Position numbers and translations under genes: made by a program. DNA of 64,000 bases from NCBI RefSeq assembly GCF_022045235.1, contig NW_027266286.1:744001-808000 (forward strand), in the 5' to 3' direction. Origin of the DNA: Haliotis cracherodii. Lineage: Eukaryota. This document shows positions 36,981 to 51,497 of this stretch, one piece after another. Numbering within the stretch: position 1 is the stretch's first letter; each line of letters opens with the position of its first letter. The notes beneath the pieces are model-generated. The model saw nothing but the letters and a program-made list of their open reading frames with translations, had not been told where the DNA came from and did no database searches.

Positions 36981-37663
36981 GAGTCTGTAGTGTACATAAA
37001 TGCCATCTGCTTCATGATGTGACAACACACAGCACACAAGGAGGACATTCCCCTCTGTCTCATTCCAGTTAATAAACCAAGTTTTACAATTAGGAACAAG
37101 AGCAGGGAACACGTATAGTGACTTTCCTCATCTGTAGGGACTCGGGGCCACAAGATGATGTGAGATTTATGTATTAATAATTCTCCTTTTAAATATGCAT
37201 TTTTACCATTTTGAACCAAAATAACTGAACATTACAATGCTCAGGGACGCATTTATCATGCTTGTCAAGGCTGCAGTGCTTGCTTCCTCTTCCTAGTTGG
37301 TTGGCATAAGGTCCACAGTCATCATGGTAACTTCGAAAATTGTAATGACATGGAAACATAGATGTTCACATGTTGTACCCATGTGGAGAATAAAACTCAC
37401 ACCTGATGAGGCTGTCACCACTCACCTATCAAACTGACCATGGGACAGACAGATGAAGTGAGATATGAACATCTTTGAGGAAATTATGAATGAATTATTA
37501 GAGATTCCTCCAGTCCCCCTCACTCACTCACTAAACACCCCGTCACACATCATCTTGTTATTTCCCAGTACCTACAGATGAAGAAAGTCGATATGAGTGT
37601 TCGCGTCTTTCTTGACTTGATGGAGCACATCATATTCATATATGCTACTTCAACAGTTATGCC

Positions 37664-37827
37664 GGGGTGGTGGGGTAGCCTAGTGGTTAAAGTGTTCGCT
37701 CGTCATGCCGAAGACCCTGGTTCTATTCCCCACGAGTACAATGTGTGATGCCCATTTCTGGTGTCTCCTGTCGTGATATTGCTGTAATATTGCTAAAAGC
37801 GGCGTAAAACCATACTCACTCACTCAT
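37664..37827 (+). mobile_element. SINE family B copy
   Basis: ggggtggtggggtagcctagtggttaaagtgttcgctcg...aaagcggcgtaaaaccatactcactcactc. Confidence 0.88.
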
Positions 37828-37967
37828 TCGCTGAGTCAGGTATGTGGAAACATGCCTTCAACAACAAAATACAAATATATTAACAAGAAAATGCCTCCCA
37901 CTCACAATTCATAAAAAATTGATTAACTTTTCTTTTTGTGGCCTGAAAGAAGCAGTGTGGCACTGCC

Positions 37968-39413
37968 CTACAGTCCCGTGTTTGGCGTGATGGATGACTT
38001 CACTACAGTCCCGTCTTTTGGCGTGATGGATGACTTCACCACAGTCCCGTGTTTCCGGTGATGGATGACTGCACTACAGTCCCGTCTTTTGGCGTGATGG
38101 ATGACTTCACTACCGTCCCGTGTTTCCCGTGATGGATGACTTCACTACAGTCCCGTGTTTCCCGTGATGGATGACTGCACTACAGTCCCGTCTTTTGGCG
38201 TGACGGGTGACTTCACTACAGTCCGGTGTTTCCTGTGATGGATGACTTCACTACAGTCCCGTGTTTCCCGTGATGGATGACTTCACTACAGTCCCGTCTT
38301 TTGGCGTGATGGATGACTTCACTACAGTCCCGTGTTTCCCGTGATGGATGACTTCACTACAGTCCCGTGTTTGGCGTGATGGATGACTTCACTACAGTCC
38401 CGTGTTTCCCGTGATGGATGACTTCACTACAGTCCCGTGTTTCCCGTGATGGATGACTTCACTACAGTCCCGTGTTTCCCGTGATGGATGACTGCACTAC
38501 AGTCCCGTCTTTTGGCGTGATGGATGACTTCACTACAGTCCCGTGTTTCCCGTGATGGATGACTGCACTACAGTCCCGTCTTTTGGCGTGATGGATGACT
38601 TCACTACAGTCCGGTGTTTCCCGTGATGGATGACTTCACTACAGTCCCGTGTTTCCCGTGATGGATGACTTCACTACAGGCCCGTGTTTCCCGTAATGGA
38701 TGACTTCACTACAGTCCCGTGTTTGGCGTGACGGGTGACTTCACTACAGTCCCGTGTTTGGCGTGACGGATGACTTCACTACAGTCCCGTGTTTGGCGTG
38801 ACGGGTGACTTCATTACAGTCCCGTGTTTGGCGTGACGGATGACTTCACTACAGTCCCGTGTTTGGCGTGACGGATGCCTTCACTACAGTCCCGTGTTTG
38901 GCGTGACGGATGACTTCACTACAGTCCGGTGTTTCCTGTGATGGATGACTTCACTACAGTCCCGTGTTTGGCGTGACGGATGACTTCACTACAGTCCCGT
39001 GTTTGGCGTGACGGATGACTTCACTACAGTCCCGTGTTTGGCGTTACGGGTGACTTCACTACAGTCCCGTGTTTGGCGTGACGGTTGATTTTACTACAGT
39101 CCCATGTTTGGCTTGATGGATGACTTCACTACAGTCCGGTGTTTCCTGTGATGGATGACTGCACTACAGTCCCGTGTTTGGCGTGACGGGTGACTTCACT
39201 ACAGTCCCGTGTTTGGCGTGACGGATGACTTCACTACAGTCCCGTGTTTGGCGTGACGGATGACTTCACTACAGTCCCGTGTTTGGCGTGACGGATGACT
39301 TCACTACAGTCCCGTGTTTCCCTTGATGGGGGACTTCACTACAGTCCCGTGTTTCCCGTGATGGGGGACTTCACTACAGTCCCGTGTTTGGCGTGATGGA
39401 TGACTTCACTACA
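37968..39413. repeat. Minisatellite, 35/36-bp unit, about 41 copies
   Basis: cactacagtcccgtgtttggcgtgatggatgactt. Confidence 0.97.
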
Positions 39414-40684
39414 GATTGCCAGATTGATCTCCTGTTTACTACAAACAAATAAACTCATGAACATGAGGGTGGGGCTGTTTCAATATGAAATTATTATTCT
39501 GGTCAATTCTGGTAAGCAATATGTTGTGACTTAGGTGTTATTTTATAACTATGCCCAGCCAGCTGTTCAGTGAAACACACACCACTGATTACAGAACAGG
39601 AATACTTGAAATAATGATGAGCATCAGATGGAGTGAGTGAGGGAGGGAGTTTGTCTCCAGACACCTGTAAACCGAATCAGTAGAGTCCAGAAGAAATGTC
39701 AGGCTCACAAATCCCATGTTTCTTTCACATATTGCAACTGGGGAAAAATGCTTTAGAGAAAATAATTTTGATATCCCGCCCTGGAGAATTACTCATTACG
39801 TCAGAGATCGGAGTCCCTTTAAGAGGATTGCAATCCCAGAAATATTTATAGATAGATAGATGAGATGAAAGTCAAGATATATCTATATATTTGGGGGCTT
39901 CTAATCCCAGCATTATTATTCATTTTGTGATGTTTTTAAGCCCTTCTGAACTTCTGTCAGTCTGTTAGATAAATGGACAGATTATTCCATCAGTTTGTGA
40001 AATGACAGGCACTTAAATAAATGCCTAAGTGAATCACATTTTACACATTGACTGTAACATTTATACACGCTTACAAATGAAAAGGCTTGTGAAGATAATG
40101 ACAGTGTCATCTGTCTCGTGTCGAAGAACTTCCCAATGAATGCATAAAGAAACTGGAGTGATTCTGTTCAATGCCACAAAATGAATGAGTAGAAAATGCA
40201 AACATTGTAACTACAACTGTTTACTGTAAATGTAAATCGAAATCTTCCTTGTTCACAGGCAACAATCAGTGTACAGAAATGCGTAGAGATATTTCCTCAA
40301 AGTCTATTCCTGTTTCATGTCACGCTCAGTTGCCTTAGCTAGGAAATGGACACATGACAGCAGATGCTAGCGGGCAGTGTTAGACAGACAGCCTAGTGCC
40401 CCTTTAACCATGTCAATCAACCCAACAGCACACTCACTTTTGTTTCACAAGTCCCCAGTCCATGATCTCTGACAATACACTAATTCTCACCTAGCAATGT
40501 TTGTTAGCTGCAGGTTCAATATCATAAACAGCGTGGGAAAGCTTTGTGTTCAATCTGATAATATTCATGCAGTATTCAAGGGTATACAGTCTTGCCTTCG
40601 TGCTGAAGCGGCTTCCATGAGGTTGAAAAAGTACAGTCACAAGAAAATTAAACATTGAACATAACAAGATATTTATAAGTGTTG

Positions 40685-42445
40685 TATCAACCCCTGATAT
40701 CTTTACACAGGGTAATTGTCCTACCAACCCATTGATATATTCACACAAGATAACTGTCCTATCAACCACATATACCTTCACACAGGGTAATTGTCCTATC
40801 AACCCATTGATATACTCACACAAGATAACTGTCCTATCAACCACATATACCTTCACACAGGGTAATTGTCCTATCAACCCTGATATCTTCACACAGGATA
40901 ATTGTCCTGTCAACCCTGATATCTTCACACAAGGTATTAACTGTCCTCACAACCCCGATATCTTCACACAAGGTATTAACTGTCCTCACAACCCTGATAT
41001 CTTCACACAAGGTATTAACTGTCCTCACAACCCCGATATCTTCACACAGGATAAGTGTCCTATCAACCCCGATATCTTCACACAGGATTATTGTCCTATC
41101 AACCTTGATATCTTCACACAGGATTATTGTCCTATCAACCTTGATATCTTCACACAAGGTATTAACTGTCCTCACAACCCTGATATCTTCACACAGGATT
41201 ATTGTCCTATCAACCTTGATATCTTCACACAAGGTATTAACTGTCCTATCAGCCCTGATATCTTCACACAAGGTATTAACTGTCCTCACAACCCTGATAT
41301 CTTCACACAAGGTATTAACTGTCCTCACAACCCCGATATCTTCACACAAGGTATTAACTGTCCTCACAACCCTGATATCTTCACACAAGGTATTAACTGT
41401 CCTCACAACCCCGATATCTTCACACAGGATAAGTGTCCTATCAACCTTGATATCTTCACACAGGATTATTGTCCTATCAACCTTGATATCTTCACACAAG
41501 GTATTAACTGTCCTCACAACCCTGATATCTTCACACAGGATTATTGTCCTATCAACCTTGATATCTTCACACAAGGTATTAACTGTCCTATCAGCCCTGA
41601 TATCTTCACACAAGGTATTAACTGTCCTCACAACCCTGATATCTTCACACAAGGTATTAACTGTCCTATCAGCCCTGATATCTTCACACAAGGTATTAAC
41701 TGTCCTCACAACCCCGATATCTTCACACAAGGTATTAACTGTCCTATCAGCCCTGATATCTTCACACAAGGTATTAACTGTCCTCACAACCCCGATATCT
41801 TCACTCAAGGTATTAACTGTCCTATCAACCCTGATATCTTCACACAGGATAATTGTCCTATCAACCCTGATATCTTCACACAGGATAATTGTCCTATCCA
41901 CCCCGATATCTTCACACAAGATAATTGTCCTATCGACCCAGATATCTTCACACAAGGTATTAACTGTCCTATCGACCCTGATATCTTCACACAAGGTATT
42001 AACTGTCCTCACAACCCTGATATCTTCACACAGGATAATTGTCCTATCAACCCTGATATCTTCACACAGGATAATTGTCCTATCCACCCCGATATCTTCA
42101 CACAAGATAATTGTCCTATCGACCCAGATATCTTCACACAAGGTATTAACTGTCCTATCGACCCTGATATCTTCACACAAGGTATTAACTGTCCTCACAA
42201 CCCTGATATCTTCACACAAGGTATTAACTGTCATATCAACCCTGATATCTTTACACAAGGTATTAACTGTCCTCACAACCCCGATATCTTCACACAGGAT
42301 AATTGTCCTATCAACCCCGATATCTTCACACAGGATAATTGTCCTATCCACCCCGATATCTTCACACTGGATAATTGTCCTATCAACCCTGATATTTTCA
42401 CACAAGGTATTAACTGTCCTATCAACCCTGATATATTCACACAAT
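40685..42445. repeat. Minisatellite, mixed 36/39-bp units, about 47 copies
   Basis: ccctgatatcttcacacaaggtattaactgtcctcacaa and ccctgatatcttcacacaggataattgtcctatcaa. Confidence 0.97.
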
Positions 42446-42921
42446 GATTTTAACAAATATTGGTTTCTTTTTAAGATGACCTACACATGTCTTAATTATA
42501 TATATTGGCCTTATTTCATCACCTAGACGATGGAATGACCCCTATGAGCAAAGTGTTTACAGCTAAAAGAAGTAGATGGATTTCACTGTAAGGTTGAAGA
42601 AGTGTTTTTAGATCTTCTTATCTGGCCTATCTTTGGCAACAGAAAGATTTGTATCATGTCTGAACACAGCTGTCCTCGACATGGCCAATCAATCATTCTG
42701 ACACCAACAAGTAATGAACAAAATAAAATATCTACTGACCTATCTCATCCCCTGCTAGTTATTTGAAACAGCTCAGTTGTGGGCTAAATATATGTATTGT
42801 GTATGCTTTAAAAAACTTTCAGGAAAGAAAAATAAATCTTGTACAATTGACCGGGGTAATAATGTGGTGTGGCAATATGTGCACAATAAATGGCCTGTTG
42901 TCATCTACTAATGTCAATGTA

Positions 42922-43167
42922 CAGTATTTCCAGCAATATTCCAGCTGTATGACGGCGGTCTGTAAGTTATCAAGACTGGATCAGACAATCCAGTGATTGA
43001 CATCATGAGCATCGATCCACGCGATTGGGGTACAATAACATGCATCAAACCAAGTCAACGAGCCTGACCACCTGATCCTGTTAGTCTCCTCTTACGACAA
43101 GCATAGTCGTCTTTCATGGCAAGCATGGGTTGCTGAAAACCTACTCTACCCCGGATCTTCACGGGTC
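42922..43167 (-). mobile_element. SINE family A copy
   Basis: cagcaatattccagctg...gagcctgaccacc...gcatgggttgctgaa...ccggatcttcacgggtc. Confidence 0.85.
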
Positions 43168-43259
43168 TGCTGATCCCAGTTCAACTGTAGATGGTCTATG
43201 GGGATGGAGAAATGCAGCCTTGGTCACAGACACTACGTCTCCGTACCAGGCCTTCTTAT

Positions 43260-43515
43260 GGGATCTCCTTACCAAGTCTCCTTATAAGATCATCTTACTT
43301 GGTCTGCTGGATCTCATCAGATCTCCTTACCAAGTCTCCTTATAAGATCATCTTACTTGGTCTGCTGGATCTCATCAGATCTCCTTACCAAGTCTCCTTA
43401 TAAGATCATCTTACTTGGTCTGCTGGATCTCATCAGATCTCCTTACCAAGTCTCCTTATAAGATCATCTTACTTGGCCTGCTGGATCTAATCAGATCTCC
43501 TTACCAAGTCTCCTT
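43260..43515. repeat. 58-bp tandem repeat, about 4 copies
   Basis: gatctccttaccaagtctccttataagatcatcttacttggtctgctggatctcatca. Confidence 0.94.
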
Positions 43516-44576
43516 TTCAGATCATGACAGGTCTTGTCAGGTCTCCCATATGGATTTCCCTACTAGATCTCCTGACGAGTCTCCTTACATGTTTTTAAGG
43601 GGGTATTAGAATGAGAACCGTCTGTGAGTGCCTCCATCCATGCATCGGTTCATGCAAGATATTGTTTCTGTGGCAGATCATGAAAACCGTACAGTACTCC
43701 TTTACCAGACTTAGCACATAGATAGGTCTGGAGGTGAACCGGTGCCTTTTGGTAGTTTGGGAGTTTTAAAAAGTGTATTTTTTTAGTTTCCATGTCAACA
43801 ACTTTGATTCAGACTAAAAATGGCAGTAGTTATGAAGTCAGTTAACATTGCAGGGATATCGGACATCGATAACTTTGTCCTCTTAATTTTATTTGAATAG
43901 GTTCACTCAAATGATTTATTGTTATGCATGTGTTTGACGGCATTATCGTATGTACAGGTGATTTCCATCTCCATAGTTTTGTACCAGTAATTCCAGCATG
44001 ATGATATTGATTGCTGTTTATAATAAATGCCTAGTATAAAGTGTAATGGGATATACAATCTAAATATAAAATGATCCTGCCTAGCAATCATATATCTTTT
44101 TTAAAATCAACATTTACAGTGAGTTTTAAACCAAGTTTCCTTGCTCCAGCCAAGAGCTCAATCGATTTGATTCTTTTACAGCATGATCCACAAGATTATC
44201 AACTTGTCCCTCAACTACCAGGGCCTCACAATATGGGGTGCAAGAAAATATTTCAGTCTAAAAATTGGTAATACAATGTAGATTTAATCCATCACAAATG
44301 ATTATAATAAACATGATGTATTATGAAGTATTAACAACAATATTCCCCTTTGAAGGTTAAAGTAGAATTAGTCAAAGCCTTCTATTACAATTCCTGTAGA
44401 TGTACTCTAACAGATAATGGATGTCTCAGCCCTAATGTGGAAATAACATTTTCCACTGTCGACAAGTGTTTTAAAAGTATCAAATAATAATAAATGATAT
44501 GATATATTACTTATATTAAAACATTTGCACAAATTTCAAAATAATACATCTTGTATAATGTTCAAATATCTACAGT

Positions 44577-46300
44577 ATCCAGCTCATCTGAGGAGAGTGT
44601 TAATTTGCAATGAATGCCTGTCCATAGCTCATCTATGGAGAGTGTTAATTTGCAATGAATGCCTGTCCATAGCTCATCTAAGGAGAGTGTTAATTTGCAA
44701 TGAATACCTGTCCATAGTTCATCTAAGGAGAGTGTTAATTTGCAATGAATGCCTGTCCATAGCTCATCTAAGGAGAGTGTTAATTTGCAATGAATGCCTG
44801 TCCATAGCTCATCTAAGGAGAGTGTTAATTTGCAATGAATGCCTGTCCATAGCTCATCTAAGGAGAGTGTTAATTTGCAATGAATGCCTGTCCATAGCTC
44901 ATCTAAGGAGAGTGTTAATTTGCAATGAATACCTGTCCATAGTTCATCTAAGGAGAGTGTTAATTTGCAATGAATACCTGTCCATAGTTCATCTAAGGAG
45001 AGTGTTAATTTGCAATGAATACCTGTCCATAGTTCATCTAAGGAGAGTGTTAATTTGCAATGAATGCCTGTCCATAGCTCATCTAAGGAGAGTGTTAATT
45101 TGCAATGAATGCCTGTCCATAGCTCATCTAAGGAGAGTGTTAATTTGCAATGAATGCCTGTCCATAGCTCATCTAAGGAGAGTGTTAATTTGCAATGAAT
45201 GCCTGTCCATAGCTCATCTAAGGAGAGTGTTAATTTGCAATGAATGCCTGTCCATAGCTCATCTAAGGAGAGTGTTAATTTGCAATGAATGCCTGTCCAT
45301 AGCTCATCTAAGGAGAGTGTTAATTTGCAATGAATGCCTGTCCATAGCTCATCTAAGGAGAGTGTTAATTTGCAATGAATGCCTGTCCATAGCTCATCTA
45401 AGGAGAGTGTTAATTTGCAATGAATACCTGTCCATAGTTCATCTAAGGAGAGTGTTAATTTGCAATGAATACCTGTCCATAGTTCATCTAAGGAGAGTGT
45501 TAATTTGCAATGAATGCCTGTCCATAGTTCATCTAAGGAGAGTGTTAATTTGCAATGAATGCCTGTCCATAGCTCATCTAAGGAGAGTGTTAATTTGCAA
45601 TGAATGCCTGTCCATAGCTCATCTAAGGAGAGTGTTAATTTGCAATGAATGCCTGTCCATAGCTCATCTAAGGAGAGTGTTAATTTGCAATGAATGCCTG
45701 TCCATAGCTCATCTAAGGAGAGTGTTAATTTGCAATGAATGCCTGTTCATAGCTCATCTAAGGAGAGTGTTAATTTGCAATGAATGCCTGTCCATAGCTC
45801 ATCTAAGGAGAGTGTTAAATTGCAATGAATGCCTGTCCATAGCTCATCTAAGGAGAGTGTTAATTTGCAATGAATGCCTGTCCATAGCTCATCTGAGGAG
45901 AGTGTTAATTTGCAATGAATGCCTGTCCATAGCTCATCTAAGGAGAGTGTTAATTTGCAATGAATGCCTGTCCATAGCTCATCTGAGGAGAGTGTTAATT
46001 TGCAATGAATGCCTGTCCATAGCTCATCTAAGGAGAGTGTTAATTTGCAATGAATGCCTGTCCATAGCTCATCTGAGGAGAGTGTTAAATTGCAATAAAT
46101 ACCTGCCCATAGCTCATCTGAGGAAAGTGTTAAATTGCAACCAATACCTGTCCATAGCTCATCTGAGGAGAGTGTTAAATCGCAATGAATACCTGTCCAT
46201 AGCTCATCTGAGGAGAGTGTTAAATTGCAATGAATACCTGTCCATAACTCATCTGAAGGAAGTGTTAAATCTCAATCAATACCTGTCCGTAGCTCACCTG
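44577..46300. repeat. Minisatellite, 45-bp unit, about 38 highly homogeneous copies
   Basis: agctcatctaaggagagtgttaatttgcaatgaatgcctgtccat. Confidence 0.98.
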
Positions 46301-47094
46301 ACCGGGTCACAGTGTGAGATGTCAACAGGGTAATCGGCCGCCTGACGAGGGAGGGAGGGTGCATGACGTGCATGGAGCCAACACAAACAGGTAAATCCCA
46401 CCAGCCTTACCTTAATCATCAGCAAACACTGTACACCAGTATCTCTGATGCACCGGCTTTAGGCAGGGCCGTGAAGGATTCTCACAACCGCCATCCGATA
46501 ATTAGCTAGCTGAATGGATTATGAGAGATGGTAAATACTGATGTTTGCTTCACATGAGATGTCTCAATGGGTTTAGAGGCACAACACTCAAATGTGACTT
46601 TTCAAAGTGTTCGTCCTCTATTCCAACTGTTGTGTTTTTGTAGGAATAACAGTTTGCCATCCCTAATGGCTAATACCAATACAATGGGAGGTGTGTGGTC
46701 CTCCTCCGACGACATCACCTGTCTCTGTAACACAGTCAAGTTTTCAAGTGCACTTGTCACACTCATTTCGGGATTTGACAATATAAGGGAAACGCTAACT
46801 TGAGAAGTGTTGAGAAGTTTGTTAAAGTATGTTTTTGCTTTGAGAAAGTTCGTTCTTTAGTGTCTCTGTGCACTTATATTCATCTGAACCTCACAGGCAG
46901 CTTAGGTTGTATACTTCCCATGAAGCTGAGAATGAAAATCGAGTGCACACTGATCCAGTGACTAGGATAATAATAAGATTTACCATGGTGTAATCTCATT
47001 TGAGCAGTTAAAAATTCGAAAGTGCTCTACAAAATATAATACCATACTTTATTATTTCATAATTCATCTTTGATGTAAGAAGAGTGGGTTGCAT

Positions 47095-48155
47095 CACATT
47101 TCAAGTTGTTGATTATCATCGTATTTCAAGTTGTTGATTATCATCGTATTTCAAGTTGTTGATTATCATCATATTTCAAGTTGTTGATTATCATCGTATT
47201 TCAAGTTGTTGATTATGCTCGTATTTCAAATAGTTGATTATCATCGTATTTCAAGTTGTTGATTATCATCATATTTCAAGTTGTTGATTATCATCATATT
47301 TCAAATTGTTGATTATCATCGTATTTCAAGTTGTTGATTATCATCATATTTCAAGTTGTTGATTATCATCGTATTTCAAATTGTTGATTATCATATTTCA
47401 AGTTGTTGATTATCATGGTATTTCAAATTGTTGATTATCATCATATTTCAAGTTGTTGATTATCATCGTATTTCAAGTTGTTGATTATCATCATATTTCA
47501 AGTTGTTGATTATCATCATATTTCAAGTTGTTGTTTATCATCGTATTTCAAGTTGTTGATTATCATCATATTTCAAGTTGTTGATTATCATCATATTTCA
47601 AGTTGTTGATTATCATCGTATTTCAAGTTGTTGATTATCATCGTATTTCAAGTTGTTGATTATCTTCGTATTTCAAGTTGTTGATTATCATCATATTTCA
47701 AGTTGTTGATTATCATTGTATTTCAAGTTGTTGATTATCATCGTATTTCAAGTTGCTGATTATCATCGTATTTCAAATTGTTGATTATCATCATATTTCA
47801 AATTGTTGATAATGATTGAATTTCAAATTGTTGATTATGATTGTATTTCAAATTGTTGATTACCTCGTATTTCAAGTTGTTGATTATCATCGTATTTCAA
47901 ATTGTTGATAATGATTGTATTTCAAATTGTTGATTATGATTGTATTTCAAATTGTTGATTACCTCGTATTTCAAGTTGTTGATTATCTTCGTATTTCAAG
48001 TTGTTGATTATCATCATATTTCAAATTGTTGATAATGATTGTATTTCAAATTGTTGATTATGATTGTATTTCAAATTGTTGTTTATCATCGTATTTCAAA
48101 TTGTTGATTGTCATCGTATTTCAAATTGTTGATTATCATCGTATTTCAAATTGTT
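47095..48155. repeat. Minisatellite, 25-bp unit, about 42 copies
   Basis: tatttcaagttgttgattatcatcg. Confidence 0.97.
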
Positions 48156-48547
48156 CATATGAGTAACATGTTTGTGAACAATATTAATAACACAATGTCA
48201 TGTCTCCATGGAAATGTTATAAGAGTAGCAAGTATGGTTTGTTGTTTCTGTTAATCAGAACAAATAAAGTAGACCAAGAAACAGTTCTCAAGTATCAATG
48301 CCTGTGTTCTTCAAACTTATGTTGTTTTTAAATTTCCCTCTTGAACCTTTAGCGGGTGTTATGTGCATAAGGTGTGTTATTTACTTCCTCCCATCGGGGA
48401 CCACACTGTCAAACCTGGTAAATACCCTTACATGGGCAAACTAGAAAAACTGTATTAGAAAGGTTTCCAACCACCCAAGGTAATTTATTTCAACTTCAGA
48501 AGAAAACAAACCTTGACTCTGGACTTCATAAGAATGTCAACTATAAG

Positions 48548-48652
48548 GGTTACACTATTTTTCAGGGCATTATCATTTGCAGAAGCCCGAGGTCTTCCAT
48601 GAAAAGACAGAGGGCTTCTGCAAATGATAATGCCCTTAAAAATAGCGTTACC
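48548..48652. repeat. Long hairpin/inverted repeat, probably part of a non-autonomous DNA element extending to about 48890
   Basis: About 41-bp arms ggttacactatttttcagggcattatcatttgcagaagccc / gggcttctgcaaatgataatgcccttaaaaatagcgttacc. The motif agggcattatca recurs at about 48880. Confidence 0.75.
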
Positions 48653-48899
48653 GTTATCTTAGCTGAAATGGATGGAATTTATCAGATAAAAAGAAACAAC
48701 AATATCGGTTTGGAAACATTTCCTACACTCAACACTATTGTCACTGACCCCCTTTTACAAATATGGAAACGTCAGAGAACAAACCAGGTGACGTCACTAT
48801 TGAACGTGACGTCACTCATCCCTATCGTATGACGTGACCTAAAAAGGGCAGTGATAATGGCCAGTCATCAAGCCATGTAAGGGCATTATCAAGTAACAG

Positions 48900-51497
48900 G
48901 CTGCTATTCTGCTGTGAACTAGTGATGGGGCTACTATTCTACTGTGACTATTAATGGGGCTACTATTCTACTGTGAACTCGTGATAGGGCTGCTATTTTA
49001 CTGTGACTATTAATGGGGCTGCCATTCTACTGTGAACTTGTGATAGGGCTACTATTCTACTGTGACTATTAATGGGGCTGCTATTCTACTGTGAAAATAT
49101 TGATGGGGTGACGATTCTACTGTGAACTATGGATGGGTGACTATTCGCCTGTGAACTATTGATAGGGCTACTAGTCTACTGTGAGCTATTGATGGGGCTT
49201 CTATTCCTTTGTGATCATAAATGAGGCTGCTTTTCTACTTTGAGCTATTGATGGGGCTACTAGTCTACTGTCAACTATTGATAGGTGAGTATTCTGTGAA
49301 CTATTGATAGGGCTACTATTCTGTGAACTGTTTATGGAGCTACTAGTCTACTGTGAGCTAGTGATAGGGCTACTATTCAACTGTGAACTAGTGATAGGGC
49401 TACTATTCTACTGTGAACTATTGATGGGGCGGCTATTCTACTGTGAACTATTGATGGGGCTGCTACTATTCTTCTGTGAACTAGTGATAAGGCTACTATT
49501 CTCCTGTGAGCTAGTGATAGGGCTACTATTCTACTGTGAACTATTGATGGGGCTGCTATTCTACTGTGAACTATTGATGGGGCCGCTACTATTCTACTGT
49601 GAACTAGTTATAGGGCTATTATTCTACTGTGAGCTAGTGATAGGCTACTATTCTACTGTGAACTATTGATGGGGCTACTATTCTACTGTGAACTATTGAT
49701 GGGGCTGCTATTCTAATGTGAACTATTGATGGGGCTGCTACTATTCTACTGTGAACTAGTGATAAGGCTACGATTCTACTTTGAGCTAGTGATAGGGCTA
49801 CTATTCTACTGTGAACTATTGATGGGGCTGCTATTCTACTGTGAACTATTGATGGGGCTGCTACTATTCTTCTGTGAACTAGTGATAAGGCTACTATTCT
49901 ACTGTGAGCTAGTGATAGGGCTACTATTCTACTGTGAACTATTGATGGGGCTGCTATTCTACTGTGAACTATTGATGGGGCCGCTACTATTCTACTGTGA
50001 ACTAGTGATAAGGCTACTATTCTATTGTGAGCTAGTGATAGGGCTACTATTCTACTGTGAACTATTGATGGGGCTGCTATTCTACTGTGAACTATTGATG
50101 GGGCCGCTACTATTCTACTGTGAACTAGTGATAAGGCTACTATTCTACTGTGAGCTAGTGATAGGGCTACTATTCTGTGAACTGTTTATGGAGCTACTAG
50201 TCTACTGTGAGCTAGTGATAGGGCTACTATTCAACTGTGAACTAGTGATAGGGCTACTATTCTACTGTGAACTATTGATGGGGCTGCTATTCTACTGTGA
50301 ACTATTGATGGGGCTGCTACTATTCTTCTGTGAACTAGTGATAAGGCTACTATTCTCCTGTGAGCTAGTGATAGGCTACTATTCTACTGTGAACTATTGA
50401 TGGGGCTGCTATTCTACTGTGAACTATTGATGGGGCCGCTACTATTCTACTGTGAACTAGTTATAGGGCTACTATTCTACTGTGAGCTAGTGATAGGCTA
50501 CTATTCTTCTGTGAACTATTGATGGGGCTACTATTCTACTGTGAACTATTGATGGGGCTGCTATTCTACTGTGAACTATTGATGGGGCTGCTACTATTCT
50601 ACTGTGAACTAGTGATAAGGCTACGATTCTGCTTTGAGCTAGTGATAGGGCTACTATTCTACTGTGAACTATTGATGGGGCTGCTATTCTACTGTGAACT
50701 ATTGATGGGGCTGCTACTATTCTTCTGTGAACTAGTGATAAGGCTACTATTCTACTGTGAGCTAGTGATAGGGCTACTATTCTACTGTGAACTATTGATG
50801 GGGCTGCTATTCTACTGTGAACTATTGATGGGGCCGCTACTATTCTACTGTGAACTAGTGATAAGGCTACTATTCTACTGTGAGCTAGTGATAGGGCTAC
50901 TATTCTACTGTGAACTATTGATGGGGCTGCTATTCTACTGTGAACTATTGATGGGGGCCGCTACTATTCTACTGTGAACTAGTTATAGGGCTACTATTCT
51001 ACTGTGAGCTAGTGATAGGCTACTATTCTACTGTGAACTATTGATGGGGCTACTATTCTACTGTGAACTATTGATGGGGCTGCTATTCTAATGTGAACTA
51101 TTGATGGGGCTGCTACTATTCTACTGTGAACTAGTGATAAGGCTACGATTCTACTTTGAGCTAGTGATAGGGCTACTATTCTACTGTGAACTATTGATGG
51201 GGCTGCTATTCTACTGTGAACTATTGATGGGGCTGCTACTATTCTTCTGTGAACTATTGATAGGGCTACTATTCTACTGTGAACTAGTGATAGGGCTACT
51301 ATTCTACTGTGAACTATTGATAGGGCTGCTATTCTACTGTGAACTAGTGATAGGGCTACTATTCTACTGTGAACTATTGATGGGGCTACTATTCTACAGT
51401 GAACTCTTGATGGGGCTACTATTCTTCTGTGAACTAATGATGGGGCTACTATTCTTCTGTGAGCTATTGATGGGGCTATTATTCTGTGAACTATTGA
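48900..51497. repeat. Minisatellite, 30/33-bp unit, about 84 copies, with higher-order duplication
   Basis: ctactattctactgtgaactattgatgggg; rare variants recur at about 854-bp spacing. Confidence 0.97.

Noticed and set aside
37968-39413. 35-bp repeat array (and others of 25-45 bp) as possible CRISPR
   Set aside because: Units are head-to-tail with no unique spacers, there are no cas genes, and the context is eukaryotic.
40732-42526. 470-570 aa ORFs on both strands (NPDIFTQGINCP repeats)
   Set aside because: Units of 36/39 bp keep frames open on both strands. There is no signal peptide, splice context or unique sequence.
44525-46333. 602-aa ORF of repeated AHLRRVLICNECLSI, superficially zinc-finger-like (CxxC...H)
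   Set aside because: Product of a near-identical 45-bp satellite whose length is a multiple of 3. It has a TTG start, lacks C2H2 spacing and a second His, and has no unique domain. Unit variants are often non-synonymous.
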